A stretch of DNA of 64,000 nucleotides from Dehalococcoidia bacterium UBA6495 (GTDB lineage Bacteria; Chloroflexota; Dehalococcoidia; Lucifugimonadales; UBA826): the NCBI GenBank assembly GCA_002435305.1, contig DJMH01000116.1, positions 23,913 through 87,912 of the forward strand. Reading direction: 5' to 3'. The translations under genes were made by a program, and so were the position numbers. The first letter of the stretch is position 1, and each line of letters opens with the position of its first letter. The notes under the pieces were generated by a model. It searched no databases and was not told where the DNA came from. It saw only the letters and a list, made by a program, of their open reading frames with translations. This document shows positions 19,051 to 27,263 of the stretch, piece by piece.

Positions 19051-20168
19051 TGAAAATTATTGATGTGATAAGTGACGTTTTTGAATGGGAAAGGCCAGGG
19101 ATTTGGAATGGAGGCCACTTTTACGGCCCAGGCAGGCTCCATAAAGTCACAGTTAAGACGGATGAAGGAATCGATGGGTTTGGTTGGAATGGTGGTACTG
19201 CTGCTGAAAGGCCTTTGAATGTGTTTCCCCCGTTTGTCGATTATTTCCGTGACTTGTTGATTGGAAGAGACCCGCTTGAAACTAGGAAGATAGCGGAAGA
19301 TTTGGGTGAAAAACACATAAAGATATTGGGCCCAGGGGGAGTTAACACACAAGTTTTGGCAGCAATAAACATCGCCTGTTGGGATATAAAAGGTAAAGCC
19401 TTAGGAAAATCAGTTCATGAATTACTAGGAGGGAGCCAAGATCGTATTAGAACATATATTGCTGGAGGTTATTATGCCGAGGGGAAGGGGCTTAAAGAAC
19501 TTCAAGATGAGGTTCTTTTCAATATTAATGAAATGAATGCTGGTGCTGTGAAAATTAAAATCGGTGATCCAAATGAAGGTATTAGGGGTGATATGCTTAG
19601 GGTGGAGGCGGCTAGGAAGGCTGCAGGGGATGATGTGGTTTTGATGGTTGATGCAAATTGTGCTTTAGATCTGAATCAGTCATTAGACTTTGCTTATGAA
19701 CTAGATAAATTTGGAGTGTATTGGTTTGAGGAACCCATGCCAATACATCGATATAGAGAACATGGTGTTTTGAAAGAAAACTCGAAGGTGAAAATTGCTA
19801 CTGGCGAAAACGGATATCATTTTTCCCATTTCGAAACCCTCCTTGATCATCAGGGAGCTGATATTTTGAACGTTGACGTTGCAATTTGCCCTGGGTATGA
19901 CATTGCTAAAGATATAACCGATCTAGCTAAAGAAAAAGGCGTATCGATAGCTCCGCATGGTTGCCAAGAACTTCAATTACCTCTTGCCGCTGGTATATCG
20001 CATGGGGAATTCCTGGAATACTATCCAGTTGCGGTTGACCCACTTAGGGCAGAGATGTTTATGCCACGAATGGTTCCCGATACTGATGGATATGTTACTG
20101 TGCCTGACAGACCCGGTATTGGATTTGAATTAAATATGGAGCTGCTGAATAGATATAAATTGCCATGA
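19050..20168 (+). CDS. Enolase-superfamily enzyme (MR subgroup-like, KxK plus His/Asp)
   Basis: 'AVKIKIG', 'MVDAN', 'FEEP', 'ATGEN', 'ILNVDV', 'APHG'. The start abuts the EamA stop. Confidence 0.8.
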   Translation: MKIIDVISDVFEWERPGIWNGGHFYGPGRLHKVTVKTDEGIDGFGWNGGTAAERPLNVFPPFVDYFRDLLIGRDPLETRKIAEDLGEKHIKILGPGGVNTQVLAAINIACWDIKGKALGKSVHELLGGSQDRIRTYIAGGYYAEGKGLKELQDEVLFNINEMNAGAVKIKIGDPNEGIRGDMLRVEAARKAAGDDVVLMVDANCALDLNQSLDFAYELDKFGVYWFEEPMPIHRYREHGVLKENSKVKIATGENGYHFSHFETLLDHQGADILNVDVAICPGYDIAKDITDLAKEKGVSIAPHGCQELQLPLAAGISHGEFLEYYPVAVDPLRAEMFMPRMVPDTDGYVTVPDRPGIGFELNMELLNRYKLP

Positions 20169-20707
20169 TAGATTTTCCTATGACCGTGCATTATCTAGAA
20201 ATATTTTCACGAGAAAATATCAATCGAAAGCTGGTTGTTCAAACAGATTTGAAAATAACCCGAGTCAGAGAACCAGATCCTGCTTTTGCGCAATGGCTGT
20301 ATAGGACAGTTGGTAGGGAATGGTACTGGGTCGATAGGTATTATTGGAGTTTAAATAAGTGGGAGGAATGGATTTCAGATTCATGCATATCTTTGTGGAT
20401 CATGGAACTCTCAGGTAAACCCATTGGGTTTTATATGTTGGATCCCCAAGATAATAACAATGTGGAAGTATCCTACTTTGGACTACTCCCGGGATACCTT
20501 GGAAGCGGGTTGGGTGGTTACCTTCTGACAAATGCTTTGAACGACGCATTTTCCATGGGGGCATCTAGGGTATGGCTGCATACTTGTAGTCTAGATCATC
20601 CATACGCTTTGTCCAATTACGAGGCGCGCGGAATGAATGTGTACAAGGTAGAAGATGACTTGCAACATATACCCGATGGGTGGCCTATACCTGACCCTCT
20701 GACTTAA
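20165..20707 (+). CDS. GNAT family N-acetyltransferase
   Basis: ATGA start/stop overlap with the enolase gene. 'LLPGYLGSGLGGYLL' Q/RxxGxG/A-like acetyl-CoA motif. Confidence 0.7.
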   Translation: MIDFPMTVHYLEIFSRENINRKLVVQTDLKITRVREPDPAFAQWLYRTVGREWYWVDRYYWSLNKWEEWISDSCISLWIMELSGKPIGFYMLDPQDNNNVEVSYFGLLPGYLGSGLGGYLLTNALNDAFSMGASRVWLHTCSLDHPYALSNYEARGMNVYKVEDDLQHIPDGWPIPDPLT

Positions 20708-20711
20708 GAGG

Positions 20712-21665
20712 TTAAGTTACTTTTCTAAGTTTACTTAGGCTACGAAGTTCCTTTGGTGGATTCATGTGGCTGCCCCTGATCGTATATGAAACTTCACCGA
20801 CATATATATCTCCGTGTGAATCTACACCGATACCATGAGGCGCTATGAATTTACCAGGTTCTTCACCTTCTTCAGGATGCCCAATTCTTCCGAGTTTTTC
20901 ACCGGAAGGACTGATGATACTTATGTTGTGTCCATGGTTGGGAGGAGTAGGATCTGCTTGTGTCATACCTGGTAGCTCGCCAATATATATATTTCCGTCC
21001 GGGCCAATAGTCAATCCATTGGGCATGAATATATTGTTCCAAACGTCTATAACATTGCCATCTGTGTCAAAAACTTGTACTCGATGGGCTTCACGATCCG
21101 CCACTATGACCCTGTCGTCGTCGTCTACAGCTATATTGTGAGGTCTAAGGAATTGGCCAGGCTCTATACCAGGTTCTCCCCATGACTTGATATATTCCCC
21201 CTCAGCTGAATATTTATGAACTCGAAAATTTCCGTATCCGTCGGTTATGAATATATCGCCACTCTTTTTTGATACCGCAGCATGTGTTGGACGGTTAAAA
21301 GGTTCACCTTTCCATATTTCTGAGGATTTACCTGGAGTACCTATTGTCATGAGTAGTTCACCTTCTCTAGTGAACTTAGTTATTGTGTGGATTCCATCAT
21401 CTGCGCAGTAGACAGTATCATCAGGGCCTATCAAAATACCGTGTGTTCTATTGCTAAATATACCCGTCCCAAATCCTCTTAAGAAGTTGCCGTCTCTATT
21501 AAAAACCATTACTGGATGCTCAGTATTACGGCTGAATGTGTATATCTCATCTTGTGAGTCTACTGCCACTCCGGGCGTCTCTATCAGTGTGGCTCCACCA
21601 GGGAGCATTGGCCATGAATCTACGGCTTCATATTTAAAATTACCAGTACCGACTGTAACACTCAT
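20712..21665 (-). CDS. NHL-repeat six-bladed beta-propeller protein (PAL/lactonase-like)
   Basis: Repeated '..P.GI.VD..G.IYV.D...HR...F' NHL units. Start is taken at internal Met 24 (MSVTVGTGNFKYE); the track start at 21734 is possible. Confidence 0.75.
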   Translation of the reverse strand: MSVTVGTGNFKYEAVDSWPMLPGGATLIETPGVAVDSQDEIYTFSRNTEHPVMVFNRDGNFLRGFGTGIFSNRTHGILIGPDDTVYCADDGIHTITKFTREGELLMTIGTPGKSSEIWKGEPFNRPTHAAVSKKSGDIFITDGYGNFRVHKYSAEGEYIKSWGEPGIEPGQFLRPHNIAVDDDDRVIVADREAHRVQVFDTDGNVIDVWNNIFMPNGLTIGPDGNIYIGELPGMTQADPTPPNHGHNISIISPSGEKLGRIGHPEEGEEPGKFIAPHGIGVDSHGDIYVGEVSYTIRGSHMNPPKELRSLSKLRKVT

Positions 21666-21774
21666 TTTGTCCCTCGCTATTGTAAAAATATCTTTCTCTA
21701 TGCTGAACATAACATTAGCTAGAAATACAGTCAATTTTTGTTGAAATACGCAAAAGCAGCCTATTATTTTAATG

Positions 21775-21804
21775 TTGAAAACAGAACATAAGTTCTATTA
21801 TAAT
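21775..21804 (+). promoter_or_regulatory. Sigma-70-like promoter of imuB-dnaE2 (TTGAAA-18 nt-TATAAT)
   Basis: TTGAAA at 21775-21780 and TATAAT at 21799-21804, 45 nt upstream of the imuB ATG. Confidence 0.6.
21783..21796. promoter_or_regulatory. LexA (SOS) box, Gram-positive/Cheo type
   Basis: AGAAC-ATAA-GTTCT, a perfect GAAC-N4-GTTC palindrome, lies inside the promoter spacer. Confidence 0.75.
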
Positions 21805-21848
21805 CACATCCTTAGCTTTATTAGTATATAAAAAATCAATTTAAAAAT

Positions 21849-23318
21849 ATGTCTAACAAAAATTCTAAAATCGGATGTCTTTTAATAACTCATTTTGGGG
21901 TTAAGTCAGAGATTAATAAAAACCCTGAACTCTCTGACAATGAGGTTATTTTGTATTCTCGCGAATCTTCTAAATTACCTGTAGTTGAGGATTTTTCTAA
22001 AACTATAAAGAATATTTCAAAAGGAATTCCACTTTCATCTGCATTGTCCAGATATCCAGATTCCGTAAGATTTGAATTTGATCGTAAAAATTATGAACAA
22101 ATCTTCGCTTCAGTCATCTCAAATATTGCACGAATAACTCCAAAAATTGAGAGATCAAATTTGGGGATTATTTATATAAATATGCATGGGTTGAGTGAAA
22201 TGTATGGAGGCGAAGCTAAATTAGTTACTCATATATTGGATTCAATCCCATATTTTCTAGAACCAAGATTTGGGATATCTGTAAATAAATTTTCTGCATA
22301 TACCGCAGCTTTTTCTTCTACCCCCGGTGGATCTACAAAAATATTGAAAAATATTGATTCTTTCTTAGCTACTTTTAGTGTGGATATATTACCTGTCAAA
22401 AGAAGTACCATTATTAATTTTCATAAATTTGGTATGCATACAATTGGTGATATAGCGGCTCAGGATTATGGATTGATCTATTCTAAATTTGGAGATGAGG
22501 GTTGTAGAGCTTTATTGCTGTCTCGCGCTGAAAATAGTGATTACATTTCTTCTAATAAACCTGCTCAGGATATAACTGAGCACGTATCTTTACCATTTCC
22601 TTCTGATTCTCTTTCGGTTCTTTTTACAACGTTAGAATTTTTGGTACAGAGGGCTTTTATGCGACCTGTTTTGAAAAGTAAATATGTTAGAAAAATATCT
22701 ATTTTACTTGAGCTTGTTGGATCTCAGGGTTGGGCCAAAAGTTTGATCTTAAAAAGGCCGCTTGGTAATTCCAATGACTTATGTTTATTACTTAGATCAG
22801 AGTTAGAAGATTTGGAATTGCCCGGATCAGTTGAAGATATCTCGATTACAATTTCAGATTTTGTTGGAGAGCACGGTATTCAGTATCGTGCTTTTAAAGA
22901 AATTCGAGATCACCTCGATGAAAGGAGAGATCAGCTGGTTAAAGTAGACCGTCACATTCGCAAGAAAATACCTGCCAAGAATGCTCTTTACAAGCTTCTT
23001 ACTGTGAATGCAGAGCATCCGGTTCCTGAGCGAAGGGCACTACAGATTTCTATAGATCCTGATACAAAATTTTCTGTTATGTCTATTAATCTACCCCAAA
23101 AAATCACAGTTCAAGAACTAAATAATATTCCTAAATTTCTATCTTTATCTAATGGAGATAATCTAAAAGTTAAAGTTTTAGACATCTGGAAGATTGACTT
23201 ATGGTGGATCCCGGATCCGATTAGTCGTACTTATTATAATATCAGTACACCTGACCATAAGATTATGACGATATTTAAAGATAGTGTTGGAAAACGTTGG
23301 TATCGTCAAAACTACTGA
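21849..23318 (+). CDS. imuB: ImuB-like Y-family polymerase homolog (catalytically inactive type)
   Basis: 489 aa immediately upstream of, and overlapping, dnaE2. The N-terminus 'IGCLLITHFGVKSE' occupies the place of the Y-family DxD/F motif without the acidic residues. Confidence 0.7.
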   Translation: MSNKNSKIGCLLITHFGVKSEINKNPELSDNEVILYSRESSKLPVVEDFSKTIKNISKGIPLSSALSRYPDSVRFEFDRKNYEQIFASVISNIARITPKIERSNLGIIYINMHGLSEMYGGEAKLVTHILDSIPYFLEPRFGISVNKFSAYTAAFSSTPGGSTKILKNIDSFLATFSVDILPVKRSTIINFHKFGMHTIGDIAAQDYGLIYSKFGDEGCRALLLSRAENSDYISSNKPAQDITEHVSLPFPSDSLSVLFTTLEFLVQRAFMRPVLKSKYVRKISILLELVGSQGWAKSLILKRPLGNSNDLCLLLRSELEDLELPGSVEDISITISDFVGEHGIQYRAFKEIRDHLDERRDQLVKVDRHIRKKIPAKNALYKLLTVNAEHPVPERRALQISIDPDTKFSVMSINLPQKITVQELNNIPKFLSLSNGDNLKVKVLDIWKIDLWWIPDPISRTYYNISTPDHKIMTIFKDSVGKRWYRQNY

Positions 23319-26300
23319 TGTACGTTAACTCTAAATATGTGGAACTACATGCGCATAGTTTTTACTCTTTTGGTGAAGGGGCTTCTCATATAAATGAACT
23401 CCTTACTAGAGCTTATGAACTAGCCTACCCTGCGATGGCTCTTACGGACTACAACATGTGTGGGGCACTAGAATTCTCTAGGCAATCGGATCATTTCGGG
23501 ATAAAACCTATAACGGGTGCTGAAATAATTCTTAAGGACAATTCTCACATAGTTTTACTAGCTAAAAACAGGATCGGATATTCCAACATATCACGATTAC
23601 TCACTTTAGCTAATGGATCGGATCGTAGGGAACCTAGGTTAGATCCTATGCATATACCTGAATATGCCTCTGGAATCATACTACTCACTGGCGCACAGAA
23701 TGGCCTAATCTCAAATGCTATTAAAGAACACAAAATAGAAAGAGCAAAAATTGTGCTTAATAAATACAGGGAGTATTTTGAAGATGATTCCATCTATATA
23801 GAATTAAATCGTAATTTTATGTATGGCGATTCTAACCGTATAAATTCGTTAATTTCTATAGGGTCAGATATGAAACTTCCGTTAGTTGCAACGAACAATG
23901 TTCATTACCATATTGCTGATAGATACAAGTTACAAAATGCGCTCACTTCAATTAGAAGTAATACGAATTTAGATAAATTAACCCACCTTCTTAAGATAAA
24001 TTCCGAGTTTTATCTAAAATCAGAATCACAAATGCAACGGTTGTTTAAATCTATACCCAAAGCCCTTACAAATACACTCGCTATATCTGATATGTGTGAG
24101 TTCAATTTGTCTTCTGATCTTGGTTATGAACTACCATCACCCAGTGTTCCAGATGGATTTACTCCTTTTACGTATCTTAGTCGCCTTTGTTATGAAGCTG
24201 CACAAAGACGCTATGGCGAGGTGAACAATTCTGTAGACAATAGATTGAGAGAGGAGTTGAGACTTATAAAAAAACATAACTTAGCAGGCTTCATGCTTTT
24301 ATACCGGGAAATCGTTCTTATAGCACGAGAAATAAGTGTTGATATGGGTAAGTTGGATTCAGAGGAACCTATAGAAATTAGGTCACCTGGAAGAGGTAGA
24401 GGGTCTTCGGTTGCCATGCTAACTGGATATTTAATAGGTATATCTCATGTCGACCCTCTACTATACAACTTAACATTAGAGAGATTTGTGCCAGAGGATT
24501 TAAAAACATTACCTGATATAGATATAGATTTTCCTAGGTCAATAAGAGAAAAATTAATACCTAGAGTCCATGAGTATTTTGGACCTCAATTTGCAGTACT
24601 CACAGGTATGATAACCAGGTATAAACTAAAGGGAATTTTGAAAGATTTAGGTAAAGTTTTTGGAATACCAGATGGAGATATCAGTAACCTTTCAAAAAAA
24701 ATTCATAATTTAGATCCTACCTCCTTGAAAGATGAGATGTTGTCTATTCCAGAATTTAAAAATGTGGTTGATTTACCAGAATGGAAAAATATTATTTCTC
24801 TTGCCTCTCAGCTTAAAGACGCTCCCAAGACTTTGGGCCAGCATGTAGGGGGAATGATTCTAAGTTCTTCTCCCATTTCAGATATGGTCCCTTTTAGAAA
24901 AAGTGCACTTGAGGGTAGATACATCATTGATTGGGATAAAGATAGTATTGCTGATGCAGGGTTTGCAAAAATAGACATACTCTCTCTTCCTGTTTTGGAC
25001 CAAATAGATGAATCCATATCTTTAATTCAAGATACAACAGGTAAGTTAGTTGATATTAGCCAAGTAGATCCAGAAGATAATGAGGTCTTTGACATGATAA
25101 ACACAGGTTTATCAAAAGGTGTTTTTCTTCTCCAATCGCCTGCGCAGTTAAAGATGGGCCAACGTCTCCTATCAAGAAGTTTAAACGACCTTGCTTATCA
25201 AGTTGCTTTAATAAGGCCTGGAGTAGGTATGCAGGGTAATTCAGTTTCACAGTTTGTGGAGCGCTATAGACATGGAATACCGTGGCAATATGATCATCGT
25301 TTAGAACAACGTGCTCTTGAGCGGACTTGTGGGATTATTGTGTGGCAGGAACAGGTAGTACAGCTAATATCAGATATATCAGGAATAGGCCAGGCTGAAT
25401 CAGATGAGATGCGGAGAGGATTTGCTAAAACTAATAACGAGGGTCTTATTAAAATTTACTGGCAGAAATTTGTAAAAGGTGCCATAAAAAATGGGGTTTC
25501 AGAAGAGATAGCTTACAAAATATTTTCTAAAATAAACGGGCAGTATATGTTTCCGGAGTCTCACTCTCATGCTTTTGCTGTTTCAGCATACCAGTCAGCG
25601 TGGTTAAAAACTCATTATCCATTAGAGTTCTATGTCAGTCTTATGAATAATCAGCCCATGGGATTTTATCCTTTGGAGACTATTAAACAAGATGCGAGGA
25701 AATTTGGAGTCGATTTTTATAACCCTGATATTAATCATAGCCAAAACAAATGTACGATTAATGGTAATTCACTTCTAATTGGGCTGGAATTTGTTAAAGA
25801 TATTGGTATACAGAATTCCAAAAATATTATAGATGAGCGTGATTTGCGAGGTCCTTTTAATTCTGTGGGTGATTTTATTCGCAGGGTTCAAATAAAACCA
25901 GATTCAGTTGAATCATTAATTTTTTCTGGAGCATTTGATTCCCTTATATCTAATCGTAGATTGGCTTTATGGGAATCAGGGCTTTATAAAGGCCCATCTG
26001 GGTCGCAAATAACTTTACCTATTTCGATGAGCGACAATATACCTAGTTTAGCTGACTTTTCCAGCTATGAAAAAATGATATTGGAATATAAGGCCATAAA
26101 TATGTACCCGAAAGGCCACATCATGGATTTTGTTAGGCCTCTTCTGCCTTCGGATGTTTCGAGTACTTACGATGTTTATTCAATGGGAGAGGGTGAATTA
26201 GTATCTGTGTGTGGAATGGGAATTGCTAGACAACATCCAAGAGGGCATAAAGGGACCATTTTTGTTACCGTAGAGGATGAAAGTTCAGATATTCAATTAA

Positions 26301-26467
26301 TACTTTGGCCAGACATACACAAAAAATATATGAGAGTTTTAAAAGACCCTATTATTTTGGCTACAGGAAAAATATCACGACAGGACGGTACTACTAGCGT
26401 GGTTGTATCTCATTTAGAAACCCTAGAACCGAAGATTGGATTACCTTCTGCACATAATTGGCACTAA
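23318..26467 (+). CDS. dnaE2: Error-prone DNA polymerase III alpha-like subunit DnaE2
   Basis: PHP domain 'VELHAHSFYSFGEGAS', a pol III alpha core, and a C-terminal OB region. About 1050 aa with no tau- or beta-binding tail. ATG 23318 overlaps the imuB TGA (TGATG). Confidence 0.9.
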   Translation: MYVNSKYVELHAHSFYSFGEGASHINELLTRAYELAYPAMALTDYNMCGALEFSRQSDHFGIKPITGAEIILKDNSHIVLLAKNRIGYSNISRLLTLANGSDRREPRLDPMHIPEYASGIILLTGAQNGLISNAIKEHKIERAKIVLNKYREYFEDDSIYIELNRNFMYGDSNRINSLISIGSDMKLPLVATNNVHYHIADRYKLQNALTSIRSNTNLDKLTHLLKINSEFYLKSESQMQRLFKSIPKALTNTLAISDMCEFNLSSDLGYELPSPSVPDGFTPFTYLSRLCYEAAQRRYGEVNNSVDNRLREELRLIKKHNLAGFMLLYREIVLIAREISVDMGKLDSEEPIEIRSPGRGRGSSVAMLTGYLIGISHVDPLLYNLTLERFVPEDLKTLPDIDIDFPRSIREKLIPRVHEYFGPQFAVLTGMITRYKLKGILKDLGKVFGIPDGDISNLSKKIHNLDPTSLKDEMLSIPEFKNVVDLPEWKNIISLASQLKDAPKTLGQHVGGMILSSSPISDMVPFRKSALEGRYIIDWDKDSIADAGFAKIDILSLPVLDQIDESISLIQDTTGKLVDISQVDPEDNEVFDMINTGLSKGVFLLQSPAQLKMGQRLLSRSLNDLAYQVALIRPGVGMQGNSVSQFVERYRHGIPWQYDHRLEQRALERTCGIIVWQEQVVQLISDISGIGQAESDEMRRGFAKTNNEGLIKIYWQKFVKGAIKNGVSEEIAYKIFSKINGQYMFPESHSHAFAVSAYQSAWLKTHYPLEFYVSLMNNQPMGFYPLETIKQDARKFGVDFYNPDINHSQNKCTINGNSLLIGLEFVKDIGIQNSKNIIDERDLRGPFNSVGDFIRRVQIKPDSVESLIFSGAFDSLISNRRLALWESGLYKGPSGSQITLPISMSDNIPSLADFSSYEKMILEYKAINMYPKGHIMDFVRPLLPSDVSSTYDVYSMGEGELVSVCGMGIARQHPRGHKGTIFVTVEDESSDIQLILWPDIHKKYMRVLKDPIILATGKISRQDGTTSVVVSHLETLEPKIGLPSAHNWH

Positions 26468-26486
26468 TTTCTAGTTAGACATTTCT

Positions 26487-27140
26487 CTAGCTGGTGGCTA
26501 AAAGTTCTCTCACAATATTTCTTTCAAGCTCCAGACCCAGCATGGTAGTGAGCTCTGTCCTACCATGGTCTCCAATGGTTACTACAAAGGAAACTCCTAA
26601 AAGACGTCCAATTTTGAAATCAATGACAGTCGTGGACAATACTCCCTCCTCACCAGATTGAACTGCTCTTATCCCAACGGATTTGTCGTAAAAATCATCG
26701 ATTTCGAGTTCTTCAACAGCAACTAAAATTTGGTTTTCTCCAACTTCATTACCTACATTATTCCTAAATTGTTCAACAAACGTATCTGTCATCCACTTTT
26801 CAGAGTATTCTTGATCTTTGAAAAGATGAACAACTGTAGCGGCCACAATATCTGAACCATCCTCACTCTGTGGTACGGCAGACGGTGATGCGAATTCCCT
26901 TAAGTACCCAGTAAGTCGACCTGCCTCATCATATTTTTCCTCTGTATTACCAGGGAATCCGTGAGTGGCCATGGTTTTATTATCCAAAATACTCTCTCTG
27001 AGTAGTGAGAACCCGGCCAGCTCATTTGGAAGCTGACTCAAATCCAAGGTCATATTTTGGAGTGGTTCACTTGAAAGTTCATATGTTGCTTGTGCTAATG
27101 AATTTGCCATTTTTATTACTGTTAACTTTTTAGCCCACAT
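26487..27140 (-). CDS. Hypothetical protein
   Basis: 217-aa ORF (207 aa from Met-11 at 27110) with no motif I recognise. It is divergent from the Kelch operon. Confidence 0.5.
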   Translation of the reverse strand: MWAKKLTVIKMANSLAQATYELSSEPLQNMTLDLSQLPNELAGFSLLRESILDNKTMATHGFPGNTEEKYDEAGRLTGYLREFASPSAVPQSEDGSDIVAATVVHLFKDQEYSEKWMTDTFVEQFRNNVGNEVGENQILVAVEELEIDDFYDKSVGIRAVQSGEEGVLSTTVIDFKIGRLLGVSFVVTIGDHGRTELTTMLGLELERNIVRELLATS

Positions 27141-27157
27141 CCTTTTTAGCCCACATC
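27126..27157. repeat. Perfect 16-bp tandem duplication (CTTTTTAGCCCACATC x2)
   Basis: Read directly: 27126-27141 is identical to 27142-27157. Copy 1 contains the track's ATG (27138-27140) of the minus-strand ORF. Confidence 0.95.
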
Positions 27158-27263
27158 AATGTACACCTTAAGTATAAACCGGTTGTCCATATCAGAGGTA
27201 GCTGCTATGCAGATGTTAAAATTCTCGTTAAGTGCTTTGAACATGCACTTGGAGTGCATCGTT

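Noticed and set aside
19050-20707. I considered reading the enolase + GNAT pair as an N-succinyl/acyl-amino-acid racemase pathway for D- to L-amino-acid conversion.
   Set aside because: Known NSAR enzymes belong to the MLE/OSBS subgroup. This enolase shows the MR-subgroup His/Asp dyad pattern (DV..APHG), and no M20 deacylase is adjacent.
27159-27263. The track start of the Kelch protein adds 35 aa before the signal peptide.
   Set aside because: The Met at 27264 gives a canonical signal peptide (basic n-region plus hydrophobic core). The upstream 35 codons look non-coding.
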